Below, one piece after another: positions 25,424 through 38,631 of a DNA stretch of 64,000 nt; positions within the stretch are counted from its first letter, which is position 1, and each line of letters opens with the position of its first letter. The stretch comes from Octopus sinensis. Its lineage: Eukaryota. The notes below the pieces were generated by a model. The model did no database searches. It saw only the letters and a list, made by a program, of their open reading frames with translations, and was not told the DNA's origin. The DNA is taken from positions 88,536,001 through 88,600,000 of the forward strand of contig NC_043006.1 of NCBI RefSeq assembly GCF_006345805.1. The letters run 5' to 3'. Both the position numbers and the translations under genes were made by a program.

Positions 25424-25935
25424 TCACGAAAGCTTTCTAGCAACTGCCATTTGGTGCATGAGAGAGTTCGATGCAGCTGCCCTCATCTGCCCCTCCTGCC
25501 GTGAAGTTGGTTCATCTGGGACACCTGACAGGAAGAGATCCAGCTTCATTTTAAAGACATCTGCATCCACCCCATGCAGGTCTCTCAGGTTCTTCGGGAG
25601 GATATTGAAGAGCTGTGGGCCTCGGAAGCCCAGGCTATCACAGAATCTTGTCCTACATCTTGATGGCAAGTTTGGAGTCCTAGGCACCACGCAGTGGCGC
25701 CTAGTTCTGGCATTTGCGTAACTCTCGATGCCAAAGTTCAGGACACGTCCCTCCAGGATCTTCCAGATATATATTATGGCATATCTTTCCCGCCTACGCT
25801 CCAGGGAATATAGTTTTAATCTCTTGAGTCTTTCCCAGTAGCTTACATTCTGCATAGAGGCTATCTTCTTCGTGTAGCTACGTTGGATCGCCTCGAGCTC
25901 TGTGATCAACTTGACCTCCGAAGATCCGTTCCACG
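25424..25935 (-). mobile_element. CR1/L2-group LINE, 5'-truncated, C-terminal frame intact
   Basis: ELEAIQRSYTKKI..SYWERLKRLKLYSLERRRERYAIIYIWKIL..GPQLFNILP..FKMKLDLFL. Confidence 0.88.
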
Positions 25936-26419
25936 TGGGTGGAAAGGGAGGGCAGAAATTCTTCGCTTGCATATTTTGAATTTGTTGGCACTGTTAGTTT
26001 GAACGGATCTTCGGAGGTGAAAAGTCGCCAAAAGGGTATGCTCCTACTTTCAGTGTTTACAAATCCGAATTAAGAAATTTTGAGCTGACGAAAGAAATGT
26101 CGAATTGTATTTGGCTGATCTAGAAACGTACGTTCTCAAATAATCTTTGCACTTGTGATTTTTTAATGTTTTTACCCCCATACCTTCGTGAGTTATTTTG
26201 AGTAAACACTATCTGAGAGAAATTTTCTTTAAGTATTAGAAATGGCTAAAAAAAATTTTTTTGGCTGCTATTTCTAATGAGTTCAGTATGTGGCAAAGTA
26301 ATTATTTTACTAAGCCCTTTATAAAATGTAATATTTTGAATTCGCCTTAAATGGTCCCTTACATACTGAATACTTGGTGAAATTGATTAATAATTAATTA
26401 ATTTTACCCTCAATTGTTG

Positions 26420-26480
<61 letters not shown>

Positions 26481-26689
26481 CTTTATATATATATATATAT
26501 ATAATCTTTTACTTGTGTCAGTCATTGAACAGTGCTTTTGTTTTTAAGAATGATATTCTTCCGTTATTCTATGGATCTCTTTTGTTGAGCCACTAATTTA
26601 CCAGGACGTAAAGAAACAAAAGCCAACAGTTAGCAGAGGTGAAGACAAACTCAAGCACAAATACATTCACACATAACACATACACAAAG

Positions 26690-26960
26690 TACCAATGGAC
26701 TGAGAGAAAAGTTGAATATTAGAAGAATTAGGTTTAATATGAGAAAAGACTTCGCTGGTATAGACTTGTGATGTATATGGAAGATGATATAAAAAGTGTC
26801 GCGCGCTGAGAAGAAATATGAAGAACTTGTTGCATAGAGAGTTTGGCAAAGCCTTGGAAAGAAATGATGAGGGTCTTGCGTTTCACAATGTACATGACAA
26901 AGGACCATCACGATTAGAGATATACTTTACTGAAGAAGATCTAACCACCCATGCACGCAT
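26690..26960 (+). mobile_element. Decayed RTE-type LINE 3' end
   Basis: LREKLNIRRIRFNMRK-LRW.. pattern of the RTE C-terminus, frameshifted. Confidence 0.55.
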
Positions 26961-28656
26961 GGTAAAAATGTACAAAATGTAAGGTCGTGCTAGAAGCTGC
27001 TATGTATAACATATCTCTGTAACTGGCGTTGCTGTTCATAAAAACTGTACTGTTCTATATTTCGCTGTGCTTCAAACACTTGAATAAAGTTACTGTCAAA
27101 GTTTCGACATGTTTTGTTATTTTAATGCAGCGCTGAATGATTTGAAGCATGATTTCATGATAAACTGCAATATTTGATGAAAGATTTTAAGCTAAATTGA
27201 TGAAAATGTTACCTTATAAATTTTCCTAACTCGAGAGAGATTTTAAATATTCCAGAAAGTCATGCAATAAATTTAATGAAGTCAGTTTTTTTTCTTTGTG
27301 TGTTATCATGTAATATAAAAAGGTTATTCACCGCATCTTTAATATATATACATTTAAAATTTTTTGCTTTTCAACCCTTAATAATCAGTTCGGTTTCTGA
27401 CCAACATGTGGCATTATCAGGAGTAGATTCCAACTGAAAACCTTATTTGTAAAGTAGGCCAGCAACATCCACTAGTTTATAGAAATATATTTCGATGATT
27501 AGATTTCAGTCTACGACTATTCACATATAAGCAATGCCTGATGATGACCGAAGGTTGAACCAAACAAACATTAATATCGATATAAATATAGTAAATATAC
27601 ACTTTAAAGATAAAATTAATAGTTTAGAAAATTTTAATCTTAATAAAAACTCATCTCATACATTTAGACATTGGTAATTTGTCAATCAAATAAATATTTC
27701 AGTTTTATTTATAACCATATATTTCTTATGCATTCATCTGTGATTTAATAAAAGTAATGGGTTATTTACTAAAAATAGAGGGAAAATAAAAATTCACTCA
27801 GCAAGATAAGATGGTGTAAAATAAAATTAACTCTATCATTATTGTAGTTTTACACAAATTTTGTATGCAATAAAAATTGGTTTATTTTGGTGATAAAATA
27901 AATTTTTTCGAATTATATTTTTTTATTTTAATGCATGGCTTTTCTTGCAGAAAATTTCTGTTTTCATGATAAACTGCTATGTTTGTAGAGAAATTTTCAG
28001 CCAAATTGATCAAAATATAACATGCTATAAATTTTACAAACTCAAGGGAGATTTTGAAATGTTTCAGAAAGTCATGTAATGGATTTAATTAAAAGGTAAT
28101 CAGATTTTGTTAAACTTTTCGTTTCCAAAATCAGAGTGATTGATTAATGTATTGCAAAATGAAAATATTCATTTGCTTTTATTTTAAAAACCTGTGTTTT
28201 CACATGTTATTAGTTGTTTTAGAATATTTTGTGATATTTTGTTTATTTTCTTTTTTTTCCGTTTTGAAAAGTACTGAACACTTTTAAATTTAGCCTAACG
28301 GGTGAAACTTTTAAATGCATTGAAAAATCTAAAAAAAATTAATTAATTTGTAATAATTTAAAGAATGTACATTTTTTCATGAAAGACCTTAATCAGTTTC
28401 TCTTCTTTTGATGAAAAAAAAAAAAGAATGTGAAATTCTCAAAGGTTCACAGAAGTTTTCAATAAATTTTACAAAATTTTTAATAAGTTGGTGCTTTTGA
28501 TCTGGAAACCAAGTTGCGTTATTATTCTATAATTTACTGACATTTTCAGATACATCCCTACATATGTTATTATGTAAGCACCCTTCCTCTATATATAAAT
28601 CATACAACACAAATGTTTTTACCTTGGTGTGTCTAGAAATATTATTCAATATACGT

Positions 28657-28702
<46 letters not shown>

Positions 28703-28708
<6 letters not shown>

Positions 28709-28880
28709 ATAGTTAATCCAAACATTAAAACACAAAGAGAAAATACAACAACGCGAGGACGTGGAACAAGTATAGTGTTATTGGACGCCCAGGAAAAGAA
28801 AGAAAGAAGAAGGATTTAACGTTTCGAGCGGAGCTCTTCGTCAGAAACATAAAAAAGGAAAGATCCAAGGAAGGGATACA
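28703..28880 (-). mobile_element. Hammerhead mini-element (same family as 43790-44040)
   Basis: Shares CACGTCCTCGCGTTGTTG and the GGATTAACTA(TA)n end. Confidence 0.75.
28814..28848 (-). ncRNA. Minimal hammerhead with an extra A after the core
   Basis: GTTT-CTGACGA-A-GAGC-TCC-GCTC-GAAA-C-GTT-AAAT; palindrome AACGTT. Confidence 0.72.
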
Positions 28881-28908
28881 CACACACACACACAACACAC
28901 ACACACAC

Positions 28909-28993
<85 letters not shown>

Positions 28994-29454
28994 TATATAT
29001 AGGGAGAATTCACAAAGAAACAAAAGACGAAGACTAGTGGTGTAGACAACAAACAGATGTGTATATATATATATATGTATGTATGTATGTATATATATAA
29101 CCTATAGAAACATCATGTCATTAGTAAGTTTATGAGTTGCGATATTGCTTTTATTTTATACTTTTATGCTGTGACATGTTACCTAGGTCTGGAAAGATAC
29201 ATAATTTCCTACGTCTTTGGTAGTCATGGATTTTTTAAAATGATATTTCTGCATAAATATAAATAACAATAGATATAACTATTTTGTCATACTTATATAT
29301 AAAGTATTACATGATATTTATTATATCTGGCAATTTTCCTTTTCTAAAAACAAACCAGCATCTGTACAGAATACCCACATACAGATGCTACATCGAGCTA
29401 AGTTAATGTGGAATGATTAAGCTCACATAGAGGAATGAAATTAAAATTAGTTTC

Positions 29455-29790
29455 AAATTTTGGCACATAGCTAGCAATTCCTGGAAGGTGAAGTCAATTA
29501 CATCGACCTCAGTGCTCAACTGATACTTATTGTATGAACCCCGAAAAGTCGAAAGGTAAATCAACTTCAGAACTCAGAACATAGAGATGAACGAAATGCT
29601 CCTAAATATTTTGCACGGGGGAGGAGATAAGTCGATTACATCGACCCCAGTACTCGACTGATTCTTATTTTATCGCCCCCCGAAAGGATGAAAGGTGAAG
29701 TCGACCTCGGCAGAATTTGAACTCAGAATGTAGAGACGGACGAAATGCCGCTATGCATCTTGCCCGGTGTGCTAACGGTTCTGCCTTAAA
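29455..29790 (-). mobile_element. Tandem SINE family A fragments
   Basis: Two or three overlapping reverse-complement cores. Confidence 0.7.
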
Positions 29791-29999
29791 ATTGAATAAT
29801 ATTGAAATATTGAAATAGGTTAATAGTTTCTGCCCCAAGTCCTTTATTAATAGCCATTTTGCATCGACAAAAATTATGGAATCTTTCCAAGTCTCACAAA
29901 AACATCTCATTCTATACTATAGTGAATAAAAGTGTCCCATGTACCAAACGCTTTTATGTTTGTATTTCTAATGAAATATTTAGTCTATATGTTATAAAT

Positions 30000-30388
30000 C
30001 GTGGAGGCGCAATGGCCCAGTGGTTAGGGCAGCGGACTCGCGGTCATAGGATCGCGGTTTCGATTCCCAGACCGGGCGTTGTGAGTGTTTATTGAGCGAA
30101 AACACCTAAAGCTCCACGAGGCTCCGGCAGGGGATGGTGGTGATCCCTGCTGTACTCTTTCACCACAACTTTCTCTCACTCATACTTCCTGTTTCTGTTG
30201 TACCTGTATTTCAAAGGGCCGGCCTTGTCACTCTCTGTGTCACGCTGAATATCCCCGAGAACTACGTTAAGGGTACACGTGTCTGTGGAGTGCTCAGCCA
30301 CTTACACGTTAATTTCACGAGCAGGCTGTTCCGTTGATTCGGATCAACCGGAACCCTCGTCGTCGTAACCGACGGAGTGCTTCAATCC
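30000..30388 (+). mobile_element. tRNA-derived SINE family C, full length with TSD
   Basis: 11-bp TSD ATGTTATAAAT at 29989-29999 and 30389-30399. Confidence 0.9.
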
Positions 30389-30655
30389 ATGTTATAAATT
30401 AGCATTGGAATTAATTAGGTTTGACTGATTTTGTAAAATGACATTTTTGTTATTAAGCTGGTGTTGTAAATATAAAGATTCTTATATATATATGATGGAT
30501 AATTTAAAACGAAATTTTGTCTTACAGAAACAAATGTCATGATGCAAATTTTGATATCAGAATGCTTAATGAACTAAGACTGCCTTAAGGGCAAAACAGG
30601 GCAAATGTAACAGGTGTTACATTTCTCTTAGTTTGAAACTTATGTCAGGTATAAA

Positions 30656-30812
30656 CAGTGCCGTATTAAGGCATGGGTACACTGGACAGTTTCCAGGGGC
30701 CTCGCGGTCTTGGGATGCAATTCTAATGTATGCTTGCTGTCGATAAATAAATACTATATGACACAGTACTTTGATTTGCCTGGAGGACTATAACGCTGCT
30801 GAGACGGCTCTG
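30656..30812. mobile_element. hAT-like MITE
   Basis: Ends CAGTGCCGT.../...ACGGCTCTG; 8-bp TSD GGTATAAA/AGTATAAA. Confidence 0.65.
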
Positions 30813-31189
30813 AGTATAAATATGTGGTAAATAAGTTGGCTTCGGGACCACGTGCTTTAGGGTACGTTCCCATTGCGTGTCACAGTTAGTTTGTGCCTCC
30901 TACAATAACCACTGACATTCAAATGTCCTGCATGTGAATTGATAAACGGAAACTCTCAAACGTTTCGTAACACTAACTGCAAACTAGTCACTGGCACAGT
31001 TCCATTGTAACTGAGTGACATGCAGCGTTTTGTGAAATGAAGTCATTGCACAGCAGGTATCATTTTTTGGGCAACATGTAACAGTTTTCCTCGGGACTTT
31101 TATAGCCTGGTTGAAGCTATCGGAATTTCGAAGATGCGTTTGTCTGGCGAGTGATTTGATTTGAGTGCTTTTTAATTGCTTCTATGAGA

Positions 31190-31395
31190 GCTGACAGAAT
31201 CGTAATGTGCCGAGCAAACAGCTTAACGGCTTTTCGTACGTCTTTACGTTCTGAGTTCAAATTCCGCGAAGATCGACTTTACCTTATATTATTTTGGGAT
31301 CGATAAAATAAGTATCAGTCGGGCAATGATGTCGATGTAAGTGACTTAACTCCTTCCCCGAAATCGCTGGCCTTGTGCCAAAATTTGAAACCAAT
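31190..31395 (+). mobile_element. SINE family A
   Basis: TTACGTTCTGAGTTCAAATTCCG...GTCGATGTAAGTGAC. Confidence 0.7.
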
Positions 31396-31683
31396 ATGTG
31401 TTTTGTACGCTGTAATTTCAAATCATATATGTTTTATCAAAAAGTTATATCTGTGTTGTGCGTTTAATTTGTCGTAGCATCTTAACTCGATTACCCTCTT
31501 AACTCGATCTCATATCACTCCTATTTCTGCATTAAATATTTTGCCCCAAACCAGAAAACATTCTCTCCATGTTTTCACTATAGGAAACTAAAAATCAAGA
31601 CAAATCTGAACTGAATGACCCTAAGGTGGGACTTCTAAAGTTATATACAGTCCCTCTCTTTATCTCTATATGTTTGTCCGCCT

Positions 31684-31684
31684 G

Positions 31685-31767
<83 letters not shown>

Positions 31768-31845
31768 GTCTGTCTGTCTGTCTGTCTGTATGTATGTCTG
31801 TCCATCTATGTATCTATCTGTTTGTTTGTCTATCTACCTATCTAG
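31684..31845. repeat. (TCTA)n/(TCTG)n tetranucleotide microsatellite
   Basis: Read directly from the sequence. Confidence 0.9.
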
Positions 31846-32292
31846 AACATCTTAAATCTGTTGTGACAGTATTCAATATGTGATGACAGCTAGGGGAACA
31901 AATGCTGTATGTTGACTGTAAACGGTAGTAAGAGGAAGATGTGATGACAGAAAACTTGAGAAGACATAAGAAAGTGTGACAATGACACAGCATGATGCGT
32001 CTCGGAGACGAGACCATAAACATCAATAATAAGGGGTGTGCATCAAACCTATCGAATCCATATTAGCATTTGGACAAACGCATTAAAACGATAACGATAA
32101 TTACAATCGTAGAACACATAAAACAGACGCAACGCCTAGACAAATTACAGAAGCTACATACATAATAGAATATAAACCTAGCCTGAATAAGAAACTGGAA
32201 TGGAACACTAGCACACAACCCCAACACACCACAACATATGACAGAATAAGATCCCCATAAACTGACGACAATATGAATAATATAATACACAG

Positions 32293-33089
32293 ACTAGCTT
32301 AAGGTAACCCGCTCTACGCGCAGGTGAGGTTGTTACTTTCTGTTGCTTCCTTTCTGTTTCTTATCGCCACATTCTCCCTCTTTGTTTCTCACTTTCCCAC
32401 TCTCTTACTCTTCCTTTCTGAGAAGCGAGTAAGAGAAAGCGAAGGAGAGTAATCTCCCTCGCTTTCTTTTACTCCTTATCTTTCTCTATCTATCTCTCTG
32501 ACATTTATAAAAAATTAGATTTCCGTGTTTAAATTACAAATCCTCTTCCACTTTATCATGTTGAAAATTTGATTGAAATCGGGCAAAAGGTGTCCGATCT
32601 AGACCCCCAAGTATCCCCCAAAATCAATAAAATCCCAGTTTTCACACCAAAGCGACCACTGTAGCGCTCTAAAACGTCTCCCAATCAATTTCCCACCTCA
32701 AGTTACCCCCTCCTCTAAATTTTAATCCCCTTCCAGCCCCATTTAGATCCCTTTTTACATAAAAATCCAATTTGTATCAACGTTCGCCTTCTACATTTTA
32801 TAAATTAGACAGATATACCGGGCCTTGCTCGGAATTAAAATAGTTTATTATTGTTTTATATGTTTCGGCATTATAACCCGATTTCCTTTGGGTCTACGCG
32901 GGCCACATTTTAAAAGATGAGGAATTTTGCCCTAGAGGCAAGGCCTTTCAATTGAGCAAACTCAATGTTACCATGCAAACTCGCTAGCACTTTTAACATA
33001 GGTGTGCATATTTTCAGCTGAATCCTACCACATATGAACACAGATATATACATATATTTATGTACACACACACACACACACACACACAC

Positions 33090-33162
<73 letters not shown>

Positions 33163-33777
33163 AATTAATAGAAAATATCTGATTAATAATATCTGTTATG
33201 ATTGTGCGGTGGTGGGCGATAATATATCACTGTTCTAAAAGACGGGAATATTTAAACTGTTGCCACTGTCACGATTTCTCTCTATAGATAGAGACAGAAG
33301 AAGAATGAAAGAGATGGTGAGAGAAAGAGTGACAGAGAGACGGCGAAGCTGTCAAACGTCGTTATAGAGAGATAGTGCAGACAGACGTACAGAGAGAGAG
33401 AGAGAGAAAGAGGATGTGGAAGAAAAGAGTGACAGCGCTGGCGAAGGCGGCGGGGGAAAGATTGTAAAAGCTGTCAAACGTCGTTATAGAGAGAAAGTGA
33501 AGGGAATGGAGGAAATAGAGAGAGAGAGAGAGATGGAGGAAGACAGGGAGATAAGAGAAAGAGAGAAGCGATAAACACTTGTCAAAGTGTGAGTTTTTTG
33601 CCCTAGTGACCATATCTTGTGAGATAGGGGTTTCTAATCTAGCCCACTCACATCCTCGCCTCTTTTTACATGCCCCTGTGGATTTTGGAGCGAATCCGAC
33701 GGGACCTAGTGCCCTTTAACCCGTTCCAATGCGAAAACCAGACAAACTTTTCGCATTTCAGATTTATAGATATTGAT
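32293..33777 (+). mobile_element. Non-autonomous Helitron/Helentron-like composite element (tentative)
   Basis: Starts ACTAGC..ACCCGCTCTACGCG, ends TTTATAGATATTGAT, internal microsatellites; collinear copy at 50443-51994(-). Confidence 0.5.
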
Positions 33778-34239
33778 AAACAAATGGAATTAAAAAACTA
33801 TATACGTTAACAAAACAAAATTAAATACAGAAAAAAGAAAGAATAAAAACATAAGTAGGTATAAACATATGAACAAAATAAATAAAATCAAATTAAATGA
33901 ACAGGGGATACAGAAAATACAGGCACTCCCCCCACGCACTTACTAAATATAGACACACAGGGATATACGCATGCACAAATAAAGACACATACAATAGGAA
34001 CATAAAATACAAAAAGACACACAAATAAGAAAGAAGAAAGCAAAGGACCACTGATGAGGTCACAGAAGTGTGATGAAAGATCGCTGACCGAAATACGATT
34101 AATGTAAAAAAATAAAATAAAACTGAAGCAAATTCACACCAAATATATTGTGCGTGTGTTTTTATTGGCAAAACTAGCAACCTGACCATCCCTAAATACA
34201 ATAATAAAGATAATTTCAATGTTTATGGCAACGAAAAGA

Positions 34240-34459
34240 GTGACGACGATGACGACGACAACGACAACAATGATGACAACGAGAGATGACGACGACGATG
34301 ATAATGCTGCTGCTAATGATGATGATGATTATGGGTTAGGTGGGTGATGAAAATGGCAACGACGATGATGACAATGACGAAGTACTCTATCATATGAAGA
34401 TACTTATAGTAACAGTAGCAATCTCAGTTCCGTGAGACTTGACTGTTATCAGCAACAGC

Positions 34460-34491
<32 letters not shown>

Positions 34492-34500
34492 CCAATAAGG
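34240..34500. repeat. Compound (GAC)/(GAT)/(CAA)n microsatellites
   Basis: Read directly from the sequence. Confidence 0.85.
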
Positions 34501-35671
34501 CAAAAACAATATCGGTTTCGGATTTTACACGCGACAAATAATTTTGCGAAGATAAAATAAGTAGCGTTAAAACAGAAAGAAAACATTATAATAGCTAAGT
34601 TCGAGAGAGAGAGAGAGAGAGAAACCGACAGAGAGACTGACAGGCAGACAGTCAGACAGGCATAGACAGCCAGACAGAGACAGAGAGAACGATAGACATT
34701 CTATAGTGAAATCAATAATTTCAAGTATAAGGTAAAAGGTAGATATGTGATCTGTGTCCTACGAATGGGACTCAAATCGATGCCTATAGGGGCTAATATA
34801 AATTAATACTGATTTTCTCTTAACTATACGCTGGGACTTATATAATGACATCGAAACGTTAGCAACAGGAAATAAAAAGGAAGCAGCTTTTTTCGCAAGA
34901 AAAAACATCATTGTCAGTACAGTAAAAGTACACTGTACAACTTGCTCTGAGACATAAGCTAACTGGGCATACATACACTAAATATAAGCAACCACCTATA
35001 TAGAAAATATAGTAAGATTGTTTTGCTTTATTCTCTTACTACATTTTATGTTATATTTCCAATTTTCTTCAATTTCGTATAGCTATCATGTAAAAGTATA
35101 TCGTTAATTCGGAAATAATTGGAAAGGCACAGAAAAAATCTTAGAAATTACTGTTCTTTTGTCCAACGCCTTGTTCATATTAATATTATAGACGACAAAA
35201 TTGTATAGTCAAATACAACTGAGAGAGAATGAGAGAGGTAGGAGAGATTAGGTGAAGGATATGAATGAGAAGTAAAGTAATAAGGGTAGGAGGGGTAGAA
35301 GTATCTCACCAAAGCAGCCAATTTTCTGAAGAAGAACTCGAAGAATAGCTAAAATGTACACAAAGTTACATTATAAATTAGTGAAAGGGTCTTGGAAGTG
35401 CATAATAAGAACAAGAGTAATAAAGATAATTTTGGCATTGCAAGAAGTATTTCTTGTTGTTGTTTATAATTGAAGTGCAATTGTCAAAATGCCCCGTCTA
35501 TAGGTTGTGAGTCAATGGGGGGGGGATGAATAGGTCTATAAAGAGGTTGGCCAAAAATATTTTGGTGTCTTTTGCACAAAAATGAATCATTCAGCGTTTA
35601 TTTTCTTCGGTTTGCTAACTGTATATGCACACACACACACAAACACGCACACAGACACAGACACGCACACA

Positions 35672-35715
<44 letters not shown>

Positions 35716-35731
35716 CATAATATTTATATGT

Positions 35732-35798
<67 letters not shown>

Positions 35799-35838
35799 AA
35801 TTTATGTATATATATATATGTATGTAAATATGTATGTG

Positions 35839-35890
<52 letters not shown>

Positions 35891-36255
35891 ACAGCAAGAT
35901 AGGGGTTATAAGGGTAACCCACTATGGGATATTAGTTATCCAATATACTGCTGGTGAAGTACCCAAATACTAAATACATAAATGATCGAAATGAATTTGT
36001 TCCTCCATTTTCTTATTTGTATTATATATATATATACATATATGCGTAATTTCGGTACGTGGTGAAGTAGTTAACTGACCCTTGATTATAATTATATTTA
36101 TGTATATAATTATAGAACATTTTGTATATGCATATATCTATATATATATATGTGTGTACATACGCGCGCATATATATAGTGTAAATTCAACATTGAATTG
36201 CACGATAAATGACCAGTATCTGAAAATCTACGGCATTCCTGTTCGTGTTATTGTA

Positions 36256-36805
36256 TTAGGTTGTCCGGAAAGTTCGTGCCGATTTATAGTAGCTTACATT
36301 TCGACTTATTTTAGAACATGGGTGAGTCCATAAAATAGGATTTGACTACACCTCCATTTAGAACACAGTTTAAGATATCTTTCCGTGGAAGAAGGTTTAT
36401 GCTCCTATAACCTGTGTTAATTCTGTAACCCTTTAAAATGGAAGATAAGAAAGTTCATTTTCGGCACTTGATGCTTTGGGAACCAAACAAGAATTTCTGC
36501 AACTCGGCTGGAATGTGTTACCCCACCCTCCATATTCACCAGCTATTGCTCCTTCGGATTTCCACTTATTCAGGTCTCTGCGGGATAGTCTTAATGGTAA
36601 AAATTTCAATTCCTTGGATGACGTAAAAAGATACCTTGATGAATTCTTTGTCATGAAACCACCTCAATTCTCAAGTTAAATGAAAGATGGAGACGCATTG
36701 TGCAACAAAATGGTTCATATTTGGTTGATTAAAGATGTATTCGGAAGTATTTATTGACCATTTACTTTCGTTTAAAAATCGGCACGAACTTTCCGGACAA
36801 CCCAA
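36256..36805 (+). mobile_element. Internally deleted mariner element
   Basis: TIRs TTAGGTTGTCCGGAAAGTTCGTGCCGATTT / AAATCGGCACGAACTTTCCGGACAACCCAA, TA TSD; MEDKKVHFRHLMLWE joined to LPHPPYSPAIAPSDFHLF. Confidence 0.92.
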
Positions 36806-37135
36806 TATTTGGGTATTTCATATGAATCCGAGGTTTACAGAGTACATGCATAAAATAAAACAAAGCATGAAAAATGTTTATAAGATATTCATTTACACCA
36901 ATTTACCTATACTTCATTAAAGCAAGGTAATTATTAGTTAAATGATGTAAATTACAAAATCCAGACGTATTGTGAAATCATCAGAGATGTGTAACTTTTA
37001 TACGTAACATTTCTACAATCCCATAATATTATGAATAAAAGTTACACACTCCTGACGATTTCACATTGATGAAGTAATTTCTGAAAGATATTGTAACTAA
37101 ATAGTTTATAAATAACTTCTCATTTTTCCTTAAAT

Positions 37136-37168
<33 letters not shown>

Positions 37169-37893
37169 GCATAAACACACACACTCTCACATACACACAT
37201 ACACAGGCCGAGTCAGTTTCGTGGTCACAGAATTCATCCATATTATCACATGATCGGAGTGAGAGTGGAGGAAATTTAAATGGCTTCTAGCTGTGTATTT
37301 CGGCCTCAGATGCTCTGTTCAGATCACGTGGATGTTGTATCTCATTTAGCCACTTCTGCTCTTTCGTCGGACGCTGCACGTCTAGAGCAGGCATGACGGT
37401 AATGCCCGGCAGTATTTTGTAGTATGTTAACACTGTACCAAATGTCTGGTACAGAGTTAACTGGTTTAATAGTATGGGGTTACATTTAAATTTACGGGAC
37501 TAGATGCCGGATCTAATCTCGATGTGCAGCAGAGAACATATACCCTACTACAGTGCGTGATCCTTCAACGTATAGTGTGGGACATCCGGGTTAGTTGCAG
37601 CCTATGGCTTATAATTTCCTACTAACGATATTACTGACTGGGGGAATATGTGCACTTTTATACGGTGGCAGTATTGGACATTCCGAGTTCTAGCGGAGTA
37701 AGGTGGCGCTCTGTCAAGGATGCTTCATATAATGTTGAGGAAATCGTTTCCAGGATCTCAGAATCCTCAGACAAATATGTACATACATACATACACGTAT
37801 ATATACACACATACATACATACATACATACATACATACATACATACATACATACATACATACATACATACATACTTACTTACACACATCTATT

Positions 37894-37949
<56 letters not shown>

Positions 37950-38309
37950 TTAAAAAAGGAGATGTGGAACACGAGTTGTGATATATAAAAAAGGAAATGA
38001 AGAAAATGCTGACAAAATTATTTAAGTAATTTAATTAGGTGAAAGTTCTTTTTACCGGTTGCGCATTTGTTATGCTTATCAAAAGAAATTTTTTTAAGAG
38101 AGATAGAGTTTCTTTCTGATAGATTTTTTCCTCTTATCTGACTTTATGTTGGGTTTGCTGTCTCTTATATTTATGTATATATATATATATTATTTGTTTA
38201 TATATAGAAAGGGGAGCACATAAGTGCAAAATATGGTACAAAATATAGTACTCGAATACCAAAAGTAGATTAACATGCTTTTAGGAAAGCTGCAAAGTTA
38301 TTCCGAAAG

Positions 38310-38439
38310 CTGTTACTCAGAGTTTCACGTACCCGTTCGTTGGACAGTTGTGATGAAAGCTTTGAACTTTTTAAATTTAGTCTCAATATTTTTCATCACA
38401 ACTGTCCGACGAACGGGAACGTGAAACTCTGAGTAACAG
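38310..38439. repeat. 49-bp inverted repeat (2 mismatches), 32-nt loop
   Basis: 38310-38358 vs 38391-38439. Confidence 0.9.
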
Positions 38440-38631
38440 TTTCTCTGATAATTTTGTAGCTTTAATAAAAATATATATATAGTGTATGTGAGAATGTACA
38501 TGCCCAAGAGTGTGTTTGCGAGTGTATGTTAAATACTTTTATATACTTACATATATATTCAGAATATAGAAATAAACACAGACTGTCACTAACATGAATA
38601 AATATGCTCACTTCTAAATTCACTTTTTTTA

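Noticed and set aside
31075-31110. TATAAAA box on the minus strand
   Set aside because: A common motif in AT-rich DNA; no supporting ORF or exon downstream
34759-34974. Hydrophobic 71-aa minus-strand ORF with a CCCAG acceptor
   Set aside because: Only weak donors and no recognisable homology; AT bias can explain the composition
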